64,000 nucleotides of DNA, taken from positions 32,001 through 96,000 of IMG/VR virus record IMGVR_UViG_3300035696_000018. One strand, 5' to 3'. The stretch's first letter is position 1. Each line of letters starts with the position of its first letter. Made by a program: the position numbers and the translations under genes. This DNA is from a virus. This document shows positions 10,556 to 21,350 of this stretch, one piece after another. Under the pieces are notes generated by a model. It was not told where the DNA came from. It saw only the letters and a list, made by a program, of their open reading frames with translations, and did no database searches.

Positions 10556-13069
10556 ATGCACCACTTCATATTCCCATCACAGGACACGTACATAACCAAC
10601 CGCCCAAATGGGTTGGACGTGGAGAACTTTGGCGTTGATGAAATCCTGCAAGTGGGAACTCAGAACAACCTCGTTGCCTACATAAGCCCAACCACAAACT
10701 ATACGTATGTAAACGTCAGTTTTCTCCAAGTCGGGGTGGAGTTTTTCAATGGGCAATTTACGGGGTCTATTTCTGGAACCGATGCTACGAGTTCATTTGC
10801 CATTCTGAATGGAACTGCATCCGATGGCTTGTTTACCGTCAACAATTTCACAGGAAGCATTTCCAGTGGTTCCACTATTTGTCTCTACGGAACCGCCTCG
10901 GGCGTGGACACTCGAACGGAGAACTCACGTCAGTACATAAACCAAGCCTACATTGACCGTGCGTTGATTCAATTCGACATCACAGCCATTTCCAACTCGA
11001 TTGCAGATGGCACGATTACAAGTGCCTCATTCTTCTTGAAGGTGAAGATTTGCAATGAATACCAACTCCCTATTGACTACACAATCTACGCCTATCCAGT
11101 CTCCGAGAGTTGGGTAATGGGCAACGGATACATGTCAGACGGAGGCTCCGACGAAGGAGCAAGTTGGGTCTATCGTGATTTCAATGGAGGAACACCGTGG
11201 GCGGCATCAGGCAGCAGTATCGTCAGCAATGTTGTATGCACGCAAAGTTTCCATTACAAATCAGCCGATATTGACATGGATGTTACTCCGATTGTCAACT
11301 ACTGGCTGTCAAACCCAAACAAAAACTTCGGACTTATCCTCATTTCTTCGGGCGAACAACAAACAACAGGCTCGGGATTCACACTCAAGTATTTCAGCGA
11401 AGATACCAACACGATTTACTCTCCATTGTTGGACGTAGGTTGGAGCGAGTGGTCGTTCAATACGGGAAGCTTCCTAACGGCAAGCGTGACTATTACTCAA
11501 GCTTCGGGGTCCAACTCCACAGTTCAAACGGGGTCTTGGATTTCTGTTCCGAATGGAGTCTATGGAAACTTCATCGGGTCCGCTCTGATATATGAGACAG
11601 CCAACTTTATCACGGCGAGCGATGAAATATTCACAAGTAGCTTTGTTCAACAGTTCACTGGAAGTTTCTCGGGGTCATTCTACGGCATAGCAACTGCACA
11701 AGGGTACTACACGGGTAGCGGAGGATTCTCTGCAAGCTTCACTGGCTCCATTGACGGAACGGGGTCAATCGAACTCACAAGCAGTGCTGTTTCGGGCACA
11801 AGCGTTGAAGGATACATCGTAGGAGACGTTTCCATGCCATCATTCTTGGGAACCTTCTCTGGCAGTTTGGCGGGACTGGCATTATGTCTTGCGGGAACGG
11901 GGTCGGGAACGTGGCTAGACGAAACCTACGAGGCGTACAGTGGGTATATCTCTGCCTCGGGAATCTCGGGGGACATTGTGAATGACCCGATTTTCGGGAA
12001 TGCACAAGGCATCATGACTTTGAATTCGTTCCAAGTCGTATTGCCAGCGGACCTTCATTATCTATATCCGACATCTCCAAACGAAGCCCCTTACCAAAAC
12101 ATATTGGCTCAAAATCCGCAGTTTGCGACCAACTATCAGTTTTTGAGTCCTTACAACCCACTCGAAGAACTTTGGTATGTATGGGGTGGAGACGAAGCGG
12201 GATGGACAACAGAACTTCCACTTTACACCCCGAACGTATTCACTTGTTCTTGTGGGGTGTCTCACAGCGTTCAAGTAATGTCGGGGTCGTTCACGGATGG
12301 TGTTTTCAGTGGAAGCACATTCATAGCTTACTACGAAAACTACAGCATTATCTATGCGTCTATGACGGGTTCTTGGAATCCTACCGCACTATACGGAAGC
12401 AACTTCCTTATTCCGCTCCCGCAAGTGACGTATCCACATGTGACGGCGTACATCAATGGACCGTTCGTTACGGGCAGAGCCTTGGGATTATACACCAACT
12501 CGGCATCCATTTCTGCATCGGTGACACAGAGCATTACCAGTGCAAGCTTTTTCGGTCAAATTGTGGACGGGCCGTTCGTCGGTGGAATCGTATCACTGCA
12601 ATTGTCGGGAAGCACTGCGGGACAAACGAGTCCTTATGCCTTCACGAGCAGCGTCCAGATGACTTCAAGTTTCCTTGACCCGCTCGATACGGGACGCCAG
12701 TTCAGCATCAATTTGACGACGCTCCAGCCGACATACAAAGCAGGAGACATCATCAAAATCAATGTCTTTGCCAGACCAAAGTACCCGATTAAGGACTTCG
12801 GTATCTTGACCCAGCAGCAGGCATATCTTGTTCCTGAATTCTTGCCAACTTCGTCCTATTGGGCGTTGAAAGACAATCAGACCGACGAAATTGTAGTCAA
12901 TTTCGATAGTTATACTCAGATAAGCTGTCAGTATCCCGAGGGGAATTTCTTCCTCGTGGACACCACCAGCTTACCTCAAGAGCGTTACTATCGCATTTTG
13001 ATTCGTGTTGACGACGGAGTGCAGGTTAGCACGATTGACACTGGCAAGACATTCAAGATAACAAGGTAA
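10556..13069 (+). CDS. virion structural protein with DNRLRE-like domain and S/T/G-rich insert
   Basis: QDTYI..ENFGVDEILQVG..RALIQFDI..ESW..G.G; lies within the baseplate cluster. Confidence 0.55.
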   Translation: MHHFIFPSQDTYITNRPNGLDVENFGVDEILQVGTQNNLVAYISPTTNYTYVNVSFLQVGVEFFNGQFTGSISGTDATSSFAILNGTASDGLFTVNNFTGSISSGSTICLYGTASGVDTRTENSRQYINQAYIDRALIQFDITAISNSIADGTITSASFFLKVKICNEYQLPIDYTIYAYPVSESWVMGNGYMSDGGSDEGASWVYRDFNGGTPWAASGSSIVSNVVCTQSFHYKSADIDMDVTPIVNYWLSNPNKNFGLILISSGEQQTTGSGFTLKYFSEDTNTIYSPLLDVGWSEWSFNTGSFLTASVTITQASGSNSTVQTGSWISVPNGVYGNFIGSALIYETANFITASDEIFTSSFVQQFTGSFSGSFYGIATAQGYYTGSGGFSASFTGSIDGTGSIELTSSAVSGTSVEGYIVGDVSMPSFLGTFSGSLAGLALCLAGTGSGTWLDETYEAYSGYISASGISGDIVNDPIFGNAQGIMTLNSFQVVLPADLHYLYPTSPNEAPYQNILAQNPQFATNYQFLSPYNPLEELWYVWGGDEAGWTTELPLYTPNVFTCSCGVSHSVQVMSGSFTDGVFSGSTFIAYYENYSIIYASMTGSWNPTALYGSNFLIPLPQVTYPHVTAYINGPFVTGRALGLYTNSASISASVTQSITSASFFGQIVDGPFVGGIVSLQLSGSTAGQTSPYAFTSSVQMTSSFLDPLDTGRQFSINLTTLQPTYKAGDIIKINVFARPKYPIKDFGILTQQQAYLVPEFLPTSSYWALKDNQTDEIVVNFDSYTQISCQYPEGNFFLVDTTSLPQERYYRILIRVDDGVQVSTIDTGKTFKITR

Positions 13070-13070
13070 T

Positions 13071-13538
13071 ATGGCCGATTTCTCAACCAACATTCAGCAA
13101 TTCCAGCAGAATGGGACTTATGAATATGAGTTCGATGATGTTGGGAACCTGATTTTTAACAGTTCCTCGGCTGACTTTTCACAAGTCTATCTGTCCCTGC
13201 CTCTGACCAACGTGGGATATAATAACGTCAAAATCGCTTCGTTTTATACGCCCGACTTCGAAGAATTCATCCCGACTACGGCTTCGGCGTCTCCTACATC
13301 GAGCGTAGATGATTTGAACAATCAACTGAGCACTTTGCAGCAAGAGAATCAGCAGTTACAAGGTCAGTTGAACGACATGATTGCTCAAAGTACAACGAGT
13401 AACCCCGCCGCCGATTCGCAGGCCAGCAAGCAAGTCATTTTGGACCTTCGAAAGGCGTTGGGGCAAGGAAGAGTAGATTCCGACTTTTCGGATACTTTCC
13501 CTTACACTCCGATAACGAAACCAGCACCATCAACATAA
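13071..13538 (+). CDS. hypothetical virion protein with short coiled coil
   Basis: Tightly packed ORF; LNNQLSTLQQENQQLQGQL heptads. Confidence 0.55.
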   Translation: MADFSTNIQQFQQNGTYEYEFDDVGNLIFNSSSADFSQVYLSLPLTNVGYNNVKIASFYTPDFEEFIPTTASASPTSSVDDLNNQLSTLQQENQQLQGQLNDMIAQSTTSNPAADSQASKQVILDLRKALGQGRVDSDFSDTFPYTPITKPAPST

Positions 13539-13539
13539 C

Positions 13540-16500
13540 ATGGACTACACGTCATACCAAATCGTATCCGAGAACTCTCAGAGTTTGAATACGGGTTCAT
13601 ACTTGAACTCGACGGAGTACTCCATGTTCGTGAATGGTTTCTATTCGGACTTGTGGTATGGTCTGTCCGAGAAAGACGTTATCGAAATTGGGCTGTGGGA
13701 CCGCAATCAGAATCTCATTGGATGGAATACTCTTGACCAGTCTAAGAGCTATGACATGGTAACGGTCTCCTATTTCAATACACTGAACAATGTCATCAGC
13801 TATTCCTATCAGGAACTCGAACCCGATTTCATTCTCAATAGCACCAAGAACATTTTGGTTGACCCCGCAGACCAAGTTTCTCAATCTTTTGCTATCCCAA
13901 GCGGAAGCTACATCCTCACGTACAATTTGACTCGTGAGATGGCGGGTGGGCCATCAGCCCCATTGGTCATCAAGGATATTTCTCCTTCCAAAAAGGAACT
14001 CAAGCTTGTTCCCCAAACCACGTTTGATGATACTTACACGGCATTTTGCCAACACCAGTTCTTAATGAACACGGTGTCGCCTCTCTATCTACAAGCCGTC
14101 AAGAATTGTCAATACGGAAACATCTACAATCAAGTAGCCCCATTTTATCCGAATCAGATTGCGACCATAAAGTCGTTGTTCTTCATTCCATCCGATGGGC
14201 AGATGCTTACCTTCTTCAAGAACCTCTACGAGGACTTGCTGATGTATTCTTCGACGCCGGTGGTCACGACTCAAGGAGTCAACATCGTTAGCCAGAACTT
14301 CATCCGAATCCAAGGCATTAGCACTTATTTCAACAACTATCTGTTGTCGAATTCGACTGCGAGCGTGGATTTCGATACCCTTGACTCCCACTTCCATGCG
14401 TTCGTATCGGCATCAATCGAGAGGAAGTTTTCCGCCGTAGGCCCGAACCCGCAAGAACAATACGTCCAAGCCAAAGCGTTCGTGTATGACTTCTTCACAA
14501 AGTATTTCTATGACCCAATTAGCCAAACGCTGGCACAGGCATATGAAGACAAATACTTTGGATACTTCAAGAACGCCCTGAACGTCGGGAACAACCGACT
14601 GCTTCCAATCCTCAACTTTGGAATGCTCGACGAGCGGGTAAATCCGACAGACCCACTCACTTTGTTGGTCAAGTTGAAGGATGAGTTGCCGAACGATTTG
14701 GCGGCTCAAACACAATGTTGGGTCTCCAACGTTTCACTCGTTCCTTTCGTCATCAGTGCAATTATCAAGACGAATCCAGAACTCATCGTTCACACGATTG
14801 GACCACCAAACTTCTCTATCCCAATTCCAAACGCAAGCCTGACGAACACCAACATATCGTACACGGCGAATGATTTGAAGAATGATGACGAGACGGAACG
14901 ACAGCTTACAGTAAGCCGAAACATAGCTGATTTGACCGTAGATTACAGCGATTTCAACAACTTCGTTGTCTTTTCTTCGGCGGAAATGCGTCTCAAGATT
15001 TTCAAGAACAAGATGATTAACCTCTGTGGCCTTACGGCCTCGGTATCAACTCTTGAAAATAACGCCAGCCAGTGGATGGTTGCCATCGGCAGTGTCTATC
15101 CTTACTATGACCGAGAGTATTGCTCCCTTCAAGGGAAGATGAACGACATAATCAAGACGTTTGATGGTTATGAGTCCTATCTGTACCGCCAAGGATACTA
15201 TACCTATGTCAGCGGAGCATTTGTCAGTGCAAGCTATGTTACTTCCCAAGATTCAGCAGCCGTTGCTTATGACCAAACGAATCGTGACAGCCTGATTAAC
15301 ACCTGCCCCGAGCATATCCTGACCAATCCAGACAACGACGACTACATTGTCTTTTTGGCGATGGTGGGTCACTTCTTCGATACGCTGTACGTTTACATCG
15401 CCAATCTCCCAGCAGAAAAAGTGATTGGCCAAGACGCAACCTCGGCCTTTACTCGCCGAGTTGTAGATTACATGCTTGAAACTTTCGGATGGAATCTCGA
15501 CGACTCCCTTGAGCAATCCGATTTGCTTAACAACTATTTGACAAACGAGCAAGTTGCTGGTCTCAACAGCATGTCAGCCGAAGACCGATTGAAAGTGATA
15601 CGAAATCGTATCTTAAGCACTTTGCCTCAGATTTACAAGACCAAGGGAACAGAAGAAGCCGTACGCCTCATTTTGGCGTGCTACGGCATACCTAACGTAC
15701 TTCTAAGCGTCCGAGAATACGGCGGGGTGGTCTATGATGACCCGAAAGCTTCCTACACCCTCTACGAGCGTGTCTATATGCGACAATGGGATACGTCGTC
15801 TCGATATGACTCGTACGATTTGAACCTCCCGACGAGTTCTTATACTTACCTCTTCAAAGTAAGCATTGATGACTCGACTCCCTATACTTACGGAGTTGAA
15901 CAAACCCTCTTTGGTAGTGTTCAGACCAACGTCCGAAATTCCATAAGTGCTTCTGGAGAATGGGGAGTTGGATTTGTCCGCATTCCCAAGAAAAACACTG
16001 GACAAATCTTCTTCCGTATTGGCTACCAAGGAGCCGAGACATTCAAGATGTATAGCCAAGAGTTCCCGCTCTTTGATGGGAACATTTACTCGGTTATGCT
16101 CCGTCGTAACTATCCTGACCCAGGTTACGAGTACAATCCAAACTACGATTCAATCCCCGCCGAATATGATTTGTATGTCAAGCGGAATGAGTTTGGAAAC
16201 CAGTTGGTCAATCTGTCTTCCAGTGCCATTTGTTACTTGACAGCCTCCAATATGCAGTTTGGGGCGGGAGGATTGCTCAAGATTGGTGGATGGTTCGCCG
16301 ATGTCAACGGGCAAGGATTTACGGGAGCATTCGATAAGTTCCAAGTTTGGAGGGCACCTGTGCCCGACGCCAACGTGGAAGATTACACGAACAATTTCAG
16401 TGCTTACAGTTTCCAAGGGTCTGGGTCCGTGCCATATGAGGCTTTGATGTTTCGTATGCATACGGACTACCCGTTCAATCAGCTTGAAACGGGAATGTGG

Positions 16501-18711
16501 GTCAATGGGAACCCTTATCTCGCAGTATCGTCTTCGTGGAAACTCGATGCCCTTTACTCCGACCCAACCAATGTTGACTACATGGTTAGCACCAATGCTT
16601 GGTCTGGTTCTACCAACATCGTGGATGGTCCGTGCGGACCAGTATCACAGTCGGTATATCCATATCAATTCACGGTGTTCAACTATCCAAGCACTTGGGG
16701 TATTTCTCAATACGGCCCGAACAAATTCCGCAACGAAAAGACTCGCTACGTGTCACAGTCTGTCGAAGCCCGCTTCGACAACCTTGACCGTTCAACGTAC
16801 GTTGACCCGAATGCCACGGCTCCAGACTCCAACCAAGTCGGGTTCTTCGTGGACCCGCAGGATTTCAAAAACCGTGACATCGTTCGCTACTTCGGTAACT
16901 TCAACTTCATGGATGTCATCGGAGACCCTGGCTATGAATACTCTCAAAGCTATGACCAGTTGAGGCTTTACAGAAACGAGTATGCCACAGACCGTAATCA
17001 GTACAGCGGAAGCCGAACTCTTTTCAACGAGTTGCAGACAGTTTACAAGTTGTATTTCAACCGCTCGATTTTCGATAGCATAAAGAACGTCATTCCAGCA
17101 AGAGTCAATGCTCTTCTTGGAGTCGTGATTGAGCCAACGATTCTTGAACGTCCGAAGTATCAACTCAAGCCAGTTACCACTCATTGCCATTATGCATTGA
17201 GTTCTTCGGTGGGACATTACGCTGGGGATTCGGGGTCTTTGGTCAGAATCAGCAGCAGTATCGTTCCAAGCGGGTCTCTTTACCTTGACCTGACCGACCT
17301 CTCCACCCCAACACGGGATTATCCAGTGAACTATGGGGGCAACTACATTCGTGACCTAGCAGACAACTTTGAACTCGGGCATTTTGCCTCGGGAGTTCCA
17401 GCACGCACCGTTGACTTTGTGGGAGTACCGTTGTTTGGATATGCTCCGTTGGGAGTCCATTTCACGAACCTATCGTTCGGTCCAACGTCTTACATATGGG
17501 ATTTTGGGGATGGCACCACGAGTACGGATGCCAACCCAATACACATTTACCAGGACGCTGGAGTTTATACGGTCATTCTGTATGGTTATTACGGGGCATT
17601 CCAGTTGACAAGGAAGAAGCTCCAGTACGTCACGGCGATTCAGTACAATCTTTCGGCAGATTTCACGGCAGACCACGTTTATGGGCAAGAGCCTCAGACC
17701 ATCCATTTCACGAACAAGAGCGTGGGCGGTCAGACATATTTGTGGAGTTTCGGGTCTCAATCCATTACCTCGACGGATGTCAACCCAACCTTCACTTACA
17801 CTCACGCAGGGTTCTATACGGTTGTTTTGACAGCGTATGCTTCAATCATAAACCCAGGAGACCCACCAAACAACTATGCCTCACAGCACACAAGCACGAG
17901 CTATATTAGCATCAGTGCTCCACCGCTGCCAGCGGCAACTTGCTATGGTCCATACGAAAACTATCAGTATGGCGACAATGGAAATGGAACATTGGCCTTT
18001 ACTTGGCTTAACCCATTGGGCACTGGAACGGGTGACGTAACCTTCCAGTGGAGTGACAATAATGACCCAGTTTGGTATCGTGTGGTCCTTAATAACAACA
18101 TCGTCTTTGATTCAGGATGGCTCTGCACGGATGTCTCTCCATCCAAACAGACGGCATTGCAGGCTGCTTTGACCGCTTACCCGACGCATCCATTGTTCTT
18201 GAATAACACGACGATTCACTCTGGATTTGCGTCTCAATCAGTGTGGACTAAGACTGACACGAATGCTTATGCCACAGTCTTTGCATATGCCCCGATGCAG
18301 GCTCGCTTCGACTACACACAAAGCTGCCCAGTTTACATCCCACCAGCACTTCCTTGCGGTGGTGCTGTAACCGAGACGGGTGGAGTAGTTCCATATCCGT
18401 ACTACAAAGATTACTATGTCCAGCTTGGAAACGGGGCGGGAAGTGTAACACTCGACTTCAATATGTACGATGTTCCCGACAAAGCACAAGTCATTATTGA
18501 TGGCGTACTTGTTCTGGATACTGGTTGGAGAGGCGACACATCATATAAAAGCAATCTTGAAGCTTTGGGGTTCACTGACCCAATTACATCTCCAGGAGCA
18601 GGTTCATTGACGTTTACCAAGGCAGTATCAGTAAGCCCAGTGGCAACCGTCAGAATGTGGTCGCCGCTCGGAGGAACTGCATGGACATTCACTTTGAACT
18701 GCCCAGTGTAA
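13540..18711 (+). CDS. large baseplate wedge protein (gp7-like) with two PKD domains and two C-terminal repeat domains
   Basis: IYKTKGT motif; WDFGDGTTSTDANPIHIY and WSFGS..DVNPTFTY PKD motifs. Confidence 0.6.
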   Translation: MDYTSYQIVSENSQSLNTGSYLNSTEYSMFVNGFYSDLWYGLSEKDVIEIGLWDRNQNLIGWNTLDQSKSYDMVTVSYFNTLNNVISYSYQELEPDFILNSTKNILVDPADQVSQSFAIPSGSYILTYNLTREMAGGPSAPLVIKDISPSKKELKLVPQTTFDDTYTAFCQHQFLMNTVSPLYLQAVKNCQYGNIYNQVAPFYPNQIATIKSLFFIPSDGQMLTFFKNLYEDLLMYSSTPVVTTQGVNIVSQNFIRIQGISTYFNNYLLSNSTASVDFDTLDSHFHAFVSASIERKFSAVGPNPQEQYVQAKAFVYDFFTKYFYDPISQTLAQAYEDKYFGYFKNALNVGNNRLLPILNFGMLDERVNPTDPLTLLVKLKDELPNDLAAQTQCWVSNVSLVPFVISAIIKTNPELIVHTIGPPNFSIPIPNASLTNTNISYTANDLKNDDETERQLTVSRNIADLTVDYSDFNNFVVFSSAEMRLKIFKNKMINLCGLTASVSTLENNASQWMVAIGSVYPYYDREYCSLQGKMNDIIKTFDGYESYLYRQGYYTYVSGAFVSASYVTSQDSAAVAYDQTNRDSLINTCPEHILTNPDNDDYIVFLAMVGHFFDTLYVYIANLPAEKVIGQDATSAFTRRVVDYMLETFGWNLDDSLEQSDLLNNYLTNEQVAGLNSMSAEDRLKVIRNRILSTLPQIYKTKGTEEAVRLILACYGIPNVLLSVREYGGVVYDDPKASYTLYERVYMRQWDTSSRYDSYDLNLPTSSYTYLFKVSIDDSTPYTYGVEQTLFGSVQTNVRNSISASGEWGVGFVRIPKKNTGQIFFRIGYQGAETFKMYSQEFPLFDGNIYSVMLRRNYPDPGYEYNPNYDSIPAEYDLYVKRNEFGNQLVNLSSSAICYLTASNMQFGAGGLLKIGGWFADVNGQGFTGAFDKFQVWRAPVPDANVEDYTNNFSAYSFQGSGSVPYEALMFRMHTDYPFNQLETGMWVNGNPYLAVSSSWKLDALYSDPTNVDYMVSTNAWSGSTNIVDGPCGPVSQSVYPYQFTVFNYPSTWGISQYGPNKFRNEKTRYVSQSVEARFDNLDRSTYVDPNATAPDSNQVGFFVDPQDFKNRDIVRYFGNFNFMDVIGDPGYEYSQSYDQLRLYRNEYATDRNQYSGSRTLFNELQTVYKLYFNRSIFDSIKNVIPARVNALLGVVIEPTILERPKYQLKPVTTHCHYALSSSVGHYAGDSGSLVRISSSIVPSGSLYLDLTDLSTPTRDYPVNYGGNYIRDLADNFELGHFASGVPARTVDFVGVPLFGYAPLGVHFTNLSFGPTSYIWDFGDGTTSTDANPIHIYQDAGVYTVILYGYYGAFQLTRKKLQYVTAIQYNLSADFTADHVYGQEPQTIHFTNKSVGGQTYLWSFGSQSITSTDVNPTFTYTHAGFYTVVLTAYASIINPGDPPNNYASQHTSTSYISISAPPLPAATCYGPYENYQYGDNGNGTLAFTWLNPLGTGTGDVTFQWSDNNDPVWYRVVLNNNIVFDSGWLCTDVSPSKQTALQAALTAYPTHPLFLNNTTIHSGFASQSVWTKTDTNAYATVFAYAPMQARFDYTQSCPVYIPPALPCGGAVTETGGVVPYPYYKDYYVQLGNGAGSVTLDFNMYDVPDKAQVIIDGVLVLDTGWRGDTSYKSNLEALGFTDPITSPGAGSLTFTKAVSVSPVATVRMWSPLGGTAWTFTLNCPV

Positions 18712-18725
18712 GCTATTTATAACGT

Positions 18726-19478
18726 ATGAGCCTCAATGGTGAAATCTACTTTGACATGACCCGAGACGCCCACCGTATGTACGGGCAATCAAGGTTCATG
18801 CTCAAGCGATGGCGAAAATTTGACATTTTCACCAAGACGGGTTCGTTTGTCCGTTCGGAGAACCCCGCCGCCAATACGTATGCCAGCACGTCAGTCTATT
18901 TGTATGACTATGTGGTGGTGAACGATACGTGGTTCTTCAACAACGTGGTGACTGCCTCGTACGTTTCTCCAGTTCCATCGAACGATTGGGATTATGCTGG
19001 TGGAAACATGTGGAATCACGGCATTAACACATGGGCCAACAGTCCAAACGCCATCACAAACAACTACATTTTGAGGCCGAACCAACCGGCGTCCTCCTTC
19101 ATTGGGCATCAAGTTTCGGGGTCTCTACCGGGGTATTATCCAAACCCAGTTCCATCTCCATTCAACGGGTTGACCACGCAGCAGTATCTCACGTTGATGG
19201 CTACTCCGATTTACCGAGACGACGGAACGTACTTTGAAATCGTCCGTGGGTATCCCCGAAACCATTACACCCACAAACGAAGCATTTTCACGCTGGAAAG
19301 GTTTACCAGTTACGGCATTGCCAATGGCAGCGTTACGACTCAAGTGTATCAGAAGGGAAGAAACACGTCGCAAACGACCATTGGATTGACTGGACTCAAC
19401 GATGGAAGCGACCCCGTTCAAACGACGCAGGTCACGAACATTGACATTATCCAGTCGGACAACGTAATTTACCACTAA
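18726..19478 (+). CDS. hypothetical virion protein
   Basis: ORF after TATTTATA in the structural module. Confidence 0.55.
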   Translation: MSLNGEIYFDMTRDAHRMYGQSRFMLKRWRKFDIFTKTGSFVRSENPAANTYASTSVYLYDYVVVNDTWFFNNVVTASYVSPVPSNDWDYAGGNMWNHGINTWANSPNAITNNYILRPNQPASSFIGHQVSGSLPGYYPNPVPSPFNGLTTQQYLTLMATPIYRDDGTYFEIVRGYPRNHYTHKRSIFTLERFTSYGIANGSVTTQVYQKGRNTSQTTIGLTGLNDGSDPVQTTQVTNIDIIQSDNVIYH

Positions 19479-19530
19479 AAAACCAAGGACTCGTTGATAC
19501 TTATAGATGAGTACCTTTTTATAACAGCAT

Positions 19531-20175
19531 ATGGCCTACATAGACAATCAAACCATCACCGTGGATGCAGTTCTCACCCAAAAGGGTCGTCAACTTTTGG
19601 CACAGAATGGCAATCTCAACATTACCAGCTTCGCACTGGCCGATGACGAGATTGACTACACGCTGTACAACCCGAACCATCCAAACGGCAGTGCTTTCTA
19701 CGACATCGCACTCCGCAACACTCCAATTTTCGAGCCACTGACGGATGAGACCCAAGTGATGAAGTACAAGCTTGTCACCCTCAATCAGGGTGTCACGTCT
19801 ATTCCGGTTATCACCATCACCCAAGACAAGATTCTCGTGACGAAGGATTACACGGGCGACATCGTTATTTCTCCGTCCACCAACCCCGCTTACAACTTGC
19901 AGGCTGGTTATACGGCCATTCTTGGCAACAAGAACGTCGGTATTCTGATTGTTCAGCAAACAAATGCTGTCAACTCGGTTTCCAACACAGTTCCAACCTT
20001 CGCAGGAGACATTAACATTGCCAGTGCCCAAGTCGTGGTCGGCAACGTTTTCCGTTTCGTTCCGAACAGCGGTCTTGGAACAACGACTACCACGAACCTG
20101 ACAATCATCGGCAACGAATCGGGCGGTAGCACTTCCATTGAAGTCACTGTCACGGTCCCGCCAGTATCCTCGTAA
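19531..20175 (+). CDS. virion structural protein (baseplate/tail)
   Basis: DAVLTQKGRQLLA..ITSFALADDEIDY; beta-rich; strongly biased codons. Confidence 0.6.
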   Translation: MAYIDNQTITVDAVLTQKGRQLLAQNGNLNITSFALADDEIDYTLYNPNHPNGSAFYDIALRNTPIFEPLTDETQVMKYKLVTLNQGVTSIPVITITQDKILVTKDYTGDIVISPSTNPAYNLQAGYTAILGNKNVGILIVQQTNAVNSVSNTVPTFAGDINIASAQVVVGNVFRFVPNSGLGTTTTTNLTIIGNESGGSTSIEVTVTVPPVSS

Positions 20176-20181
20176 ACGATT

Positions 20182-21336
20182 ATGATATTCAACACGTTTG
20201 ACCCCAATCAAGACATTGTAGCTGGCCGTGTAACACGGGTGGCAAGTGGATTCTGGCCCGATGGAACTCCCGATTGGGACCAAGGCAATTTCCAAGACGA
20301 TTTTTTCCGCCTGACGGGTTCAGGTACTCCGTCGCCATCAGTCGGCACGTCGAACTATGACGTTCGCCGCACGATGTATTACCTCAACGTATTCCCCGAT
20401 GCGTCGTCTTACGTGAACTATGACCCGTACTTCTCGATTGCATACGGAAACTTCTACGGTGAATATGGAAGTGGCTCCTTCACCCAAGAGTCGGCAAGTA
20501 TTATGGCGTCCCCAACCAAGGCCATCTATACTCAGTACAAGAACGTTCTTCTCGCCAACTCTGACGCCAATGCGACTTCCGATGGAATGTTTTCAATGGT
20601 TAGTGCAAGCACCACGGTTGAAGCTCAAGACATTTGGGTTGTCAACTTCTCGGCTTACAAGATGAAAGACCGCATTGACGAAGGTCTTCTTCAACTCAAT
20701 TTCAGCGGTTCCTCGGGGTCAATCAGTCTCATTGACGACTCCATCTATACGACTCAGAACCAATCGGTATATCAATTGGTTCAAGGAACCATTGCTGCCC
20801 CACCGGGAAGCCCAACCTACCAAGGATTTGGATTGTTCTACCCACAAGCGGGAATTGTCGTTTTGAACGCCACTTTGCTTGCAGCCCAACTTGGAATTAC
20901 CAGTGGGTCTGGTGTAGGGGCTGGAACGGGTGGTCCGTGCCCAGATGGTTCATGGCCATATGTCAGCGGCTCCCTCGGGAACATTGGATACACTTACAAC
21001 CACAAGACTCTATTCGAGTCCATGAACATTTGTCAAGGTATCATGATGAATGTTCGTCGCACTGAATACGTGCCATCAATTCACTACTTCGTGCGTGTGA
21101 TGAACCGTGACTTCAACTACAGCAACAACCCGACGTACGTCTATGACGGAACGGACGGAGTTCACCCGAAGGGTCAAATTTACAACTCAGACTTCATTAC
21201 TGACCCGAGGACGTACATTACCACGGTAGGATTGTATGACAATAGCAACAATCTCATAGCCGTAGCAAAATTGAGCCGACCTGCCGTCAAGTCTTTTGAC
21301 GAAGAGTTGCTCATCAAGGTCAGACTCGATTTCTAA
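20182..21336 (+). CDS. virion structural protein
   Basis: C-terminal TYITTVGLYD..LIAVAKLSRP..KVRLDF, shared with 28682..31123. Confidence 0.6.
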   Translation: MIFNTFDPNQDIVAGRVTRVASGFWPDGTPDWDQGNFQDDFFRLTGSGTPSPSVGTSNYDVRRTMYYLNVFPDASSYVNYDPYFSIAYGNFYGEYGSGSFTQESASIMASPTKAIYTQYKNVLLANSDANATSDGMFSMVSASTTVEAQDIWVVNFSAYKMKDRIDEGLLQLNFSGSSGSISLIDDSIYTTQNQSVYQLVQGTIAAPPGSPTYQGFGLFYPQAGIVVLNATLLAAQLGITSGSGVGAGTGGPCPDGSWPYVSGSLGNIGYTYNHKTLFESMNICQGIMMNVRRTEYVPSIHYFVRVMNRDFNYSNNPTYVYDGTDGVHPKGQIYNSDFITDPRTYITTVGLYDNSNNLIAVAKLSRPAVKSFDEELLIKVRLDF

Positions 21337-21350
21337 TACGTCCTGAATGA

